Source of the DNA: Candidatus Latescibacterota bacterium
GTDB lineage: Bacteria; Latescibacterota; UBA2968; UBA8231
NCBI GenBank assembly: GCA_965248265.1
Contig: CBDFJF010000002.1
Coordinates: 2,400,001 to 2,464,000 of the forward strand
DNA length: 64,000 nucleotides
Direction: 5' to 3'
In this document: in pieces, positions 48,573-57,069 of the stretch
Layout of the letters: each line of letters begins with the position of its first letter
How positions within the stretch are numbered: position 1 is the first letter of the stretch
Position numbers and translations under genes: made by a program
The notes under the pieces: generated by a model
What the model was told of the DNA's origin: nothing
Database searches by the model: none
The model's input: only the letters and a program-made list of their open reading frames with translations

Positions 48573-49751
48573 TTAGGCGCGCGCGTGGTGGGACTCCTGA
48601 GGGGCCGTGTAGGCAGTCGACAGATGAGGCGTCTCGAGGCGGACGCCACCCTCATGGCGCGACCGCAGGCACGCCTCCAGGTAACCGCACACAGCGAGCG
48701 TGCGCTCGGCCGGTATAGGGGCTACTCCTGTGCGGAACATCTCGTCGATCTTGGCAATCAGGCAGGCCGAGTAGGTGACGTTGGGGACAGGCGTGAGGAA
48801 GAACTGGCACGACGCCAATTCGTCCGATCCCTGGAGGCGCGCCGAGAAGCAGTAGTCTCTGATGGCCCCGTCGAGCATCATCAGTGTGGCCCGCAGTCCG
48901 TCGCGAAATTCGATGAGGTACGCGGCGGGCTCCGCGGCGAGCCCCCGCAACTCACCGCTGCCCAGCAGGTCCTGCGGCCGGCCGTCTTCGACGCTCAAAC
49001 CCTGCGGACTGTCACAGCGGGACAGGGCCGACTCCAGAAGGTCGCGCGACCAGCGACCCTCTTCCAGGGCGTTCCAGACGGCGTCGCCATCCAGCATCTG
49101 CACCGCGGCCACGCCGGTCTCGCCGCCGCGGCGGCGCTCGATCATGCACTGCAGGCTCTCCAGCGCGTGGTAATCCATGGGATCGGAGCCGCCCACGCCG
49201 ATGACGAGCGCTTCCTCTATGACGCAACCATGTTCCAGCTCCAGGTCGGGCAGGCGCCAGGTCACCGGCAGGCTGGAACCCGCCATCAAAGGGAAGCCGA
49301 GACGACGGGCATCCGCGATCATTTTCTGCGCCTTGGCGTGGTCATACGACAGATGTTTGTCGTTGTACACCGGCACCGCGCGGCCGTCCGCCTCGAAAAC
49401 CGCCACGCACTCCTGGAACCACTCGAAGCGTGGGTAGAGGATCTGACCCAGCTCATTGCGTGGGTAGTCTCCGTGCTCAGCGATGATGAGGACGGCATCT
49501 GCGGCCAGCCGGTCACCGCCGCAGCGCAGGGTGTTTGCAATAGTCGGATAGACGTCGAAGCCGAACTCGCGAGCCCGGCTGGCGCTCTGATCACCTACGG
49601 GGTGTTGGTCGACGTAGAGGGAGACTACGTCGACGTCGGGATGATGCCAGGCGCCCTCGTAGGGATAGCCGACGAGAAAGCGGTCGGTGAAATGCTGGGC
49701 GTGCGAGAGTTGCTTGTAGACGGTCGCGATGACGGCGAGGCGTACAGTCAT
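48573..49751 (-). CDS. Conserved hypothetical, Gfo/Idh/MocA-like fold (tandem paralog b)
   Basis: SLYVDQ, DAVLIIAEHG.Y, NDKHLS, MAGSSLPVTWR, YHALE.LQCM.ERR.GGE.GV. Confidence 0.75.
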   Translation of the reverse strand: MTVRLAVIATVYKQLSHAQHFTDRFLVGYPYEGAWHHPDVDVVSLYVDQHPVGDQSASRAREFGFDVYPTIANTLRCGGDRLAADAVLIIAEHGDYPRNELGQILYPRFEWFQECVAVFEADGRAVPVYNDKHLSYDHAKAQKMIADARRLGFPLMAGSSLPVTWRLPDLELEHGCVIEEALVIGVGGSDPMDYHALESLQCMIERRRGGETGVAAVQMLDGDAVWNALEEGRWSRDLLESALSRCDSPQGLSVEDGRPQDLLGSGELRGLAAEPAAYLIEFRDGLRATLMMLDGAIRDYCFSARLQGSDELASCQFFLTPVPNVTYSACLIAKIDEMFRTGVAPIPAERTLAVCGYLEACLRSRHEGGVRLETPHLSTAYTAPQESHHARA

Positions 49752-49753
49752 GA

Positions 49754-50944
49754 TCAGCTGTTCCAGAAGGTCGATGCCGGCGGAGCGCCATAGCGCACGT
49801 CGAGATGCGGAGTCTCGACACGGGCACCGTCCTGCTGCAGACTGTCGACGCCGGCCGCCACGAGCCCCGTCGTCAGCAGGGTGCGCTCGAGGGGGTAGGA
49901 GGGCACGCCCGTCAAGAACATGCGTTCAACATTGTTGACCTGTGGTGTGAAGAAGCTCGCCAGCGTCGTCCATTTCGGCGGCATCGGCAAGTACATCTGC
50001 GTAGACAAAGGGCGCTCAGCTCCTTTGAGGCGGGCGGCGAAGTTGAAGTCCTTCACCAGCCCATTCATCAGGATCATGGTGGAAGGCAGGCCGTCCATGT
50101 GTTCGTATCGGTAGGCGATCGGCTCGGTGATGCGCACGAGCTCGTCATCATTCGGGAAGATGTGGTTGAAGCCGTCGCGCGCCGGTGTCAGGCTGTGGCT
50201 GCGGCACAGGCAGGTGTCGAACAGCTCCCGCGACCACAAGCCTTCGTGATGGGCAGCCCAGAACCGATCGCCGGTATAGGTCTCCAGCCAGCGCACGCCA
50301 GACTCGCCGCCGCTGCGGCGCTCCACCATGCACTGCAGAGTCTCCAGCGCGTGGAAGTCATAGCTGTCGACACCGCCGTAGCCGACGCACATCGCCTCCT
50401 CGATCTCGGCGCCCAACGGCATGTCTATGGCAGGTGTGCGCCAAGTGACTGGAAGGGAGGAGCCGGCCATGAAGGGGAAATCGAGCTCCCGGGACACGTC
50501 GTACATCTCGCGGGCCCAGTCCCAGTTCCACGACAGATGTTTGTCGTTGAACACGGCAGCCGTCTTCCCCGTAGCGTGAAAGACGTCGATGATCTGCATG
50601 AAGAACTCGTAGCGCGGGTACAACCTCTGGTTCTTGTCGTTGCGCTCGTAGTGGCCATGCTCGGCGATGAGGAGCACGCCGTCGACTGCCAGATCATCCG
50701 TATCGAGTGTCAGGGCTTCGGCGATGGTGTCGCACCGTCTGACCTGTGGAAAGCGCCGGACGCGGTCTTCGGTGAGATCGCCATCGGGGTGCTGGTCAAC
50801 GTACAGTGAGACGATGTCCATCTGCGGGCGATGATGGCGGCCATTCCAGCCGTAGCCGTCGAGAAAGCGATCGACGATATGCTGACCGTGCGCGAACTTG
50901 TGATACGCCGTGACGAGGGCGGCGAGACGAGGGCGCGCGCTCAT
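49754..50944 (-). CDS. Conserved hypothetical, Gfo/Idh/MocA-like fold (tandem paralog a)
   Basis: Same motifs as downstream neighbour; GGAG RBS before MSARPR. Confidence 0.75.
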   Translation of the reverse strand: MSARPRLAALVTAYHKFAHGQHIVDRFLDGYGWNGRHHRPQMDIVSLYVDQHPDGDLTEDRVRRFPQVRRCDTIAEALTLDTDDLAVDGVLLIAEHGHYERNDKNQRLYPRYEFFMQIIDVFHATGKTAAVFNDKHLSWNWDWAREMYDVSRELDFPFMAGSSLPVTWRTPAIDMPLGAEIEEAMCVGYGGVDSYDFHALETLQCMVERRSGGESGVRWLETYTGDRFWAAHHEGLWSRELFDTCLCRSHSLTPARDGFNHIFPNDDELVRITEPIAYRYEHMDGLPSTMILMNGLVKDFNFAARLKGAERPLSTQMYLPMPPKWTTLASFFTPQVNNVERMFLTGVPSYPLERTLLTTGLVAAGVDSLQQDGARVETPHLDVRYGAPPASTFWNS

Positions 50945-51119
50945 AGGACAGACTCCAGTACGTGAGGAATCCGCAAGATACGAAAGCGGAAGTCGGGCTT
51001 CAACACGTCGCCCTATGGCGGCGCCAAGCTCTCGTCCCAGATGCGTCGCCAGACCCAATCGACCGTCATCAGGTCGACGCACGAGGGGGTCAAGACCAGC
51101 CTCGTCCGCCCGTCACCGA

Positions 51120-53180
51120 TCACCTCGGTGCGACCGCGTAAACCCTGAATTCGTATCCGGGCACGTATGCCTCGAACGCGGCATTGCCCGCTTCGACGCG
51201 GTGTTCGACCTTTTTATCTTCCCACCATTCAGCAATCTGCACCGTGCTCGTACCCAGCCCGTTGGCCGTGACCTTTCCTCTCCACGGCTCCGCCTCATGG
51301 TTTACCAGCACCACCAGTATGCCCTTCGCGGTTCGGTTCACGATGTATTCAATGGGGGGGCCGTCCACTTTGGCCAGGGCAAACCTTTCCATGAGGTGGG
51401 AGATGAGGTCCAACCCGATGTCGAGGAGCTTGGATCGGTCGTGGGTCTGGAGGTGCTGCGGCGTAGACAGGATCGCCTCCCCTTGCCCCACACGCCGGCG
51501 GGTAATCAGGGGGTCACCGTATCCCGTGACCGGTGATTCGTTGACGGCGAGCACCTCGGCTTCATTGACCACGACCCTCCGGTAGCTATACAAACCCTCC
51601 GTGATCGTCTTCCCTCCGCACCGGCGGCAGCTGGAGAAGGTCGATCCCAACTGCGTCCGGGTCGGCTCTACGCCGAAGAGTTGGTGAGCCTCCGGCTCTT
51701 CGTGGATCTGGGCCACGTTGGCGACCAGGACCCCTCCCCCCTCCACGTACGCCTTGAGTCTCTCGAGGAGCGCACCCTTCAAGTTGATGTCGCCCAGGAG
51801 CATGATGACCGAGTAGTGCTTCAGCGCCTCCAGCAGGCAGTCCTCCAGCACCACGTCGAAGCTGTCTCCCCAGGGGCTGTGGGTCAGGCACTTCGATTCA
51901 TACGGTCTTGTGTCAAACCCCGATCTGATGGCCCGATCCACTTCCTTCATGGTTTTCCAGGGTCCTCTTCCCTCACTACCCTTATAGCTCTTCTTGCAAC
52001 CGGGAAAAGCGGCTTCGAAGAAGTTGTCCACCATGTGGTCACCGGGGGTGAAGGGAATGCAGCCCCAGACCACGTCAGCTCCGATACGTGGGCGCGCGAA
52101 CGGGTCCCAGCCATGATCGTGCTCCAGCATCAAGGCCACGGGGACATGCGGTCTTCCCCTGACCGGGTGTCTTTTGAGAACGAAATCCGAAAACCGCTTT
52201 CCCGCTTCACCGTGGGTCGTCAGCCTGACCGTTGCATCATCCCACTCGTACATGAAGAAATCCAAGTATGCCTGCTGCTGAACCAGGATGTTGGCTCCGT
52301 GGAAATATGCCGACGCGTTCCGGTTCAGCATGGTGGTCGGAGAGATTCCGCCCGTCCTCTGTCCCTCCTTGTTGTAGCATGGGTAACTCCACATCGAGCC
52401 ACCGTCCTTTGAGCGATAGATCTCCGCCAGTTCGTCGCAGTAGCCCCAGTAGCCCGAGTACTGCTGGGCCGCTCCTCTGGCGAAAGCGGTCAGCACCTGG
52501 ATGTTGAAATCGGACTTGTCGTTCACGAGCACGAACTTTGTTCCCCACTCGAAGCAATAATGGGCCTGAAGACCTGCGTGCTTCACGAAACTCATCAGAT
52601 TGCAGTTGTCGCGGTTCAGACCACGCCTCCCTATATAGACGTGAGGCGCGGTGTCGTTCATGGCATCTCTCATCTCGGCCAGTTTCTGTCCTGCTTCCGA
52701 TTCAGGTGCCGGGAAATTGAGCTTGTGCCTCTCGATGTCTATCCCGTACTCCCCGGATCTGATGTAGTTCTCGAACCACTTGTAGGCTTCGGCCTTGGAT
52801 GCAAAGCCCTCAGTCGGCATTCTCCCGACCAAAACCTGTCCCCCATGGAAGAACCACCAGACCCGGTTTCCCCCAAGGGCGCGCATACGCTCGAGCGTCG
52901 CATCAACCCACGCATCCGCACGCCGCTTGTACTCCTCCTTGCCCAGACCACCAACCATGCCGACGTGATAGGACAATGGCGTTTGGACAATCAATCCACA
53001 ATCCGCATCCGCCAGCTCCTGTGCGGTGGGCAGGTTCTTCTCCGACCTTTGCAGGTCATTTTCCCAATCTCGAATCCAGTGACTCCAGTTGATCATGCTC
53101 GCGTTGATCATCCCGTTCTCAAGCGCGAATCGCCTTACCGCATTCGACCTTGCCGTGATCTTCACCGGATCGGTTTCCAT
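51120..53180 (-). CDS. Hypothetical carbohydrate-active-like protein with C-terminal GH42 trimerisation-like region; start uncertain
   Basis: AFARGAAQQY, PVALML...HGW, Y.VI.LLG...L..YVEGGG.LV; the longer ORF extends across site A7. Confidence 0.6.
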   Translation of the reverse strand: METDPVKITARSNAVRRFALENGMINASMINWSHWIRDWENDLQRSEKNLPTAQELADADCGLIVQTPLSYHVGMVGGLGKEEYKRRADAWVDATLERMRALGGNRVWWFFHGGQVLVGRMPTEGFASKAEAYKWFENYIRSGEYGIDIERHKLNFPAPESEAGQKLAEMRDAMNDTAPHVYIGRRGLNRDNCNLMSFVKHAGLQAHYCFEWGTKFVLVNDKSDFNIQVLTAFARGAAQQYSGYWGYCDELAEIYRSKDGGSMWSYPCYNKEGQRTGGISPTTMLNRNASAYFHGANILVQQQAYLDFFMYEWDDATVRLTTHGEAGKRFSDFVLKRHPVRGRPHVPVALMLEHDHGWDPFARPRIGADVVWGCIPFTPGDHMVDNFFEAAFPGCKKSYKGSEGRGPWKTMKEVDRAIRSGFDTRPYESKCLTHSPWGDSFDVVLEDCLLEALKHYSVIMLLGDINLKGALLERLKAYVEGGGVLVANVAQIHEEPEAHQLFGVEPTRTQLGSTFSSCRRCGGKTITEGLYSYRRVVVNEAEVLAVNESPVTGYGDPLITRRRVGQGEAILSTPQHLQTHDRSKLLDIGLDLISHLMERFALAKVDGPPIEYIVNRTAKGILVVLVNHEAEPWRGKVTANGLGTSTVQIAEWWEDKKVEHRVEAGNAAFEAYVPGYEFRVYAVAPR

Positions 53181-53294
53181 GATCCGGCGATTTCGAGTGT
53201 ACGCGGCGGGCCGAGACAGATCCGTGGAAGCATCCCTGGGTGCCTCAGAATGATAGCAATGAGCCAGCTGAAACCAGTCTTTCCGATCGGTCTT

Positions 53295-53334
53295 ACGCAT
53301 AGTATGGATAAAGGGCATTATCGTGAGTCCGTCA
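53295..53334. repeat. dif-like site A7
   Basis: ACGCAT AGTATGGATAA AGGGCA TTATCGTGAGT CCGTCA. Confidence 0.75.
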
Positions 53335-53443
53335 AGCGAGTCTGAGGTGTTTCGAGGGCGTTTAGGGCTGTGCTTGTTGCCGTCCAGCCGAAACACTGGC
53401 TATACTGTCAGGCACGAATAGACTGTGCGATTACCGCATGAGA

Positions 53444-54349
53444 TTATGCCCACAGCAGAAGCACAACCAGACCGGCTACGATCAGGGAGGCACCGACCAG
53501 CTCGGTTGCTTTGACTTTCTCGCGGAAAAATACGAGAGAAGATAAGAAAGCGAAGAAGAGCTCAACTTGCCCGAGAGCTCTCACGTGAGCTGCGTTCTGA
53601 ATTGTCATTGCTGTAAGCCAGCACGCAGATGCAGCCATACCGGAGAGCCCTACTAGACTGGATATCTTCCACGCTCTACCGACTGCAGTCAGTTGTCCCA
53701 CTTCCCAGAAGTATAGATAGCACGTCATCGTGATCGCCTGGAGCAGAAGGACCGTGCCCAATGTGACGGCTGCGGAGATTACGAAATCAGCCTCGAGGGA
53801 GAGACTCGCGGCCCGGTAACACACAGAAGCAATTCCGTAACACGCACCGCAGGCGATTCCAAAACCAGCCGCTTTGTGAAGGATCGGCGATATCAGCTCA
53901 CGGAGCCCCAGCTCTTGGTTGGCTACTGCGAGAAGCACCACACCAGCCAGACTCACCAGAATGGCTACCAGTGCCCACAGCGTAATCGGATCAGAGAGGA
54001 CGAGAATACCGAAAGCAGCAGTCTGAATCGTCTCTGTTTTGGAATAAGCCGTTCCGACAACGAAATTGCCAAATGAAAACGAGTGAATCAGGAACGCCGT
54101 GCCGAGAATCTGGGCAAGTCCGCCGACTGCGGCGAAAATCAGGAACTTCAGATGCGGACGGGGCAGTTCATATTCACCGATTTGTGTGAGAAGCAGCAGG
54201 TACACCAGCACGAAAGGGAGCGCAAACAGAAAGCGGACATAGGTGGCGCCCATCGTGCTCAGTGCGCCTCTCAGGTGCTTCTGCAATGATGACCTGACGT
54301 TCTGTGAAATTGCCGCAGCGACAGTAATTGGTACCCATGTTTCGAACAA
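53444..54349 (-). CDS. DMT/EamA family transporter
   Basis: 10 TM segments; QNVRS.LQK.L, ATYVRF, YSKTE, VRALGQVE, FFREK. Confidence 0.85.
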   Translation of the reverse strand: MFETWVPITVAAAISQNVRSSLQKHLRGALSTMGATYVRFLFALPFVLVYLLLLTQIGEYELPRPHLKFLIFAAVGGLAQILGTAFLIHSFSFGNFVVGTAYSKTETIQTAAFGILVLSDPITLWALVAILVSLAGVVLLAVANQELGLRELISPILHKAAGFGIACGACYGIASVCYRAASLSLEADFVISAAVTLGTVLLLQAITMTCYLYFWEVGQLTAVGRAWKISSLVGLSGMAASACWLTAMTIQNAAHVRALGQVELFFAFLSSLVFFREKVKATELVGASLIVAGLVVLLLWA

Positions 54350-54819
54350 GCTGGTTCCTTGATTTGACCGAAGTGGATCTGCGCGTTTGGTGTTCGTCCG
54401 ATGTGCTATGCGAGATGCTAACGTAAGTAAGCTACACTGATCAATCCCCAGGCGTCATGCCACGGCAGGGAATCAGTGTATGGATTTGATTACCGGCATG
54501 GCATCACCGAATGGATAGCGTCCACTGATGATACTCGCCGTGCACGCGCTCAAGCAGTGTTAGGCGGAGATTTCGCGAAAAGTCGCTACGATTTCAGGAT
54601 AAAAGCTCATGCTCGGCCAGCACCTGGTAGAGGGGTTCCTTCTCGGGGGTTCGGCGACGGTAGGAGAACCCGCTGCCATGGGTGTGAGTGGCCGGCATGC
54701 CGTGGCGGCACGCAAGATGGAGACCAATGGTGAGTTGCTCGAGTATCACGTGGTCCTGGCAAGGGAACCGTGGGTACTCGGCTACGCACACGTGTGTACC
54801 AGACGACACAACACGGCAT

Positions 54820-55110
54820 AGCGACATCGACATGGTCCTCCACCTGGCTGCGTTTACGGAAGACAGCGGCGACTGGGACGGCCAACTGGACATCACGGCC
54901 AAGGGGACCGTCAACGTGTTCAGAGCCGCCCAGGAGGCCGGCATCTGGCGGGTCGTCAACATGAGCACGGGAAGCACCATGTGCGGCTTGGAATGGTACG
55001 AAGGCTCGGGGCCCTTGCCAGAGGAGAGTACGAAGTGGAAAAGCCGTGGCCAACCATCGACTACCGCGATCAGCCGGGACCGCCCCTGCCCATCGGGCGA
55101 GAATCGAGTT
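54820..55110 (+). pseudogene. NAD-dependent epimerase fragment
   Basis: DMVLHLAA...GTVNVFRAAQEAG..RVV..S; no Rossmann N-terminus; frameshift. Confidence 0.65.
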
Positions 55111-55117
55111 CCCCTCC

Positions 55118-57049
55118 CTACACGTACTTCGCCAGCCAGTCCAGGACCCGTTGGGAGCACTCGACCCGCAGTTTGGGATGACCCAGCTTGCGGAACCCAT
55201 GCGATGAGTCGGGAAAGCGGACGAACTCCACCTCCTTGCCACGGCGTTTCAGGGCGACGAAGTACTGCTCACTCTGCTCTATCGGGCAACGCAGGTCATT
55301 CTCTCCATGGTACAACAGAACCGGAGTGGTGACGTCGTCGACATAGGTGATGGGGGAGTGTTTGAGGAGTGACTCGCGAAACTCTTCCGTCGTGCCTCCC
55401 CAGTTCATCTCGAAGAAGCTGACGCCGATGTCGGAGGTGCCGTACATGCTGTGGAGGTTGGCGCACGGGGCTCCCACGATCGCTGCCTTGAAGCGGGTCT
55501 CGTGCCCGACGATCCAGCTGCCCATGTAACCTCCATAACTGGATCCGTGCAGGGCGATCCGGTCCTCGTCGATGTAGTCGCGGGAGCACATTTCATCGAC
55601 GCCGGCCATGATGTCGCGGTAATCCTCACCGCCCCAATCACCCAATACCATCTTGGCGAATTCGAGGCCATAGGATGATGAGCCTCTCGGATTGACGCCG
55701 AGGACGACATAACCGGCAGTCGCCATGAGCTGCTGGTAGGGGTCGTACCAGTCATAGAAGCGGCTGTTGGGTCCACCGTGAATGTCGAGGACCATGGGAT
55801 AGCGCTTGCTGGGATCGAACCCAGGTGGAAACAGCACTCTCGATTGGATCTGCTGACCGCCCTGTTCGATCGTGAACTTCTCCATCACCGCCGGTGGATG
55901 CTCTTCCAGGTAGTGCTTGTTGTAGGCCGTCAACTGGGTCCGCTGGTTCGTCGACAGATCGACGTGGATGACATTGTCTATGGCCGCCGCCGTCACCTCG
56001 ACCATGGCGGCGTTTTGGGTGGCATCATCCAGAGACCATGCGGAGTACTTGAGGCCGCCTCCAGCCAGGGTGGTTAATTCGCCTCCATCGGGCTCCACCC
56101 GGCACAGGAAGGACTCTCCGTGTCGGTCCCCGATGAAATAGATGTGTCCATCCGCTGACCAGCGCACCTCCGATGCCAGCGGATCGCCGGTGTAGGAGCC
56201 GTTCGTGAGGTTGCGGCAAGGTTTGCCGGGCTCCAGGACGTACAGGGAGCACTCGCGAGGATCCCACATGCGCGCATCATGCGTGCCAAGCGCCGCCAGT
56301 CTGGAGCCGTCCTTCGACCACGACAATGCCCAGATCCGGCACAGGCCTTCAGACCATGTTCGCGGGTCCTGTTCACCCGAGGCGTCGGTCACCCGCACTT
56401 CGGAGCCGTAGGTGACATCGCGATCCTCGACCTCATCGCAGATGTAGGCGATGCGCTCGCCCTCCGCTGACCAGACGGGTCCGGCACAATCGCCGGCAAC
56501 GCCAGTCAGTTGATCAATCTCACCGGTGTCCACGTCAATAGTGAAGAGCTGGTTGAAGGCGTCGCCGAGCCAGCCGCGCTCGTCGTGACGGTAGCGGATG
56601 CGGTGGGCAACGCGGGCGCGGGGATCGCGCTTGGGATCGTGGTCATCAGGTAGCGCATCGGGATCGACCTTTGAGACAAACGCCAGTGACCGCGCGTCAG
56701 GGGACCAGGCATGATCGACGGCGTTCTCTCTGCCATGCGTCAGCTGTCTGGCCTCTCCCCCTGCAATCGCAATCACCCAAATCTGCTTCACGCCCGCGTC
56801 ATCAGGGCGCAGAAAGGCGATCGAGCTGCCATCCGGCGAGAACTTCGGGGCTGTATCTGAAGGTCCCTGCGTGAAGGGGCGCGGTGCTCCCCCCGGTGGG
56901 TCCGCCATCATGATGGTGGTCCGATACTCCATCTCATTGACGTCGACGGTCGAACGCACGAAGGCGAGGCCGGAACCATCCGGTGACAAAGCGGGGGTGG
57001 CCACGGTGATCAGATCGTAGACGTATTCGGGAGGAATGGGCTTGACCAA
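55118..57049 (-). CDS. S9 family peptidase (acylaminoacyl-peptidase-like)
   Basis: PD40/TolB-like repeats, IHGGP, NPRGS..YG, GSSYGG, HGEND.RCP, FP..SH. Confidence 0.92.
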   Translation of the reverse strand: MVKPIPPEYVYDLITVATPALSPDGSGLAFVRSTVDVNEMEYRTTIMMADPPGGAPRPFTQGPSDTAPKFSPDGSSIAFLRPDDAGVKQIWVIAIAGGEARQLTHGRENAVDHAWSPDARSLAFVSKVDPDALPDDHDPKRDPRARVAHRIRYRHDERGWLGDAFNQLFTIDVDTGEIDQLTGVAGDCAGPVWSAEGERIAYICDEVEDRDVTYGSEVRVTDASGEQDPRTWSEGLCRIWALSWSKDGSRLAALGTHDARMWDPRECSLYVLEPGKPCRNLTNGSYTGDPLASEVRWSADGHIYFIGDRHGESFLCRVEPDGGELTTLAGGGLKYSAWSLDDATQNAAMVEVTAAAIDNVIHVDLSTNQRTQLTAYNKHYLEEHPPAVMEKFTIEQGGQQIQSRVLFPPGFDPSKRYPMVLDIHGGPNSRFYDWYDPYQQLMATAGYVVLGVNPRGSSSYGLEFAKMVLGDWGGEDYRDIMAGVDEMCSRDYIDEDRIALHGSSYGGYMGSWIVGHETRFKAAIVGAPCANLHSMYGTSDIGVSFFEMNWGGTTEEFRESLLKHSPITYVDDVTTPVLLYHGENDLRCPIEQSEQYFVALKRRGKEVEFVRFPDSSHGFRKLGHPKLRVECSQRVLDWLAKYV

Positions 57050-57069
57050 GTTGCTCTCCGTTTTTCGGG

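Noticed and set aside
54416-54565. Possible integron attC (TGCTAAC...GTTAGGC) and hairpin TACACTGAT/ATCAGTGTA at 54433-54480
   Set aside because: No L boxes or overall symmetry, no intI, and a single instance; the hairpin alone is not diagnostic.
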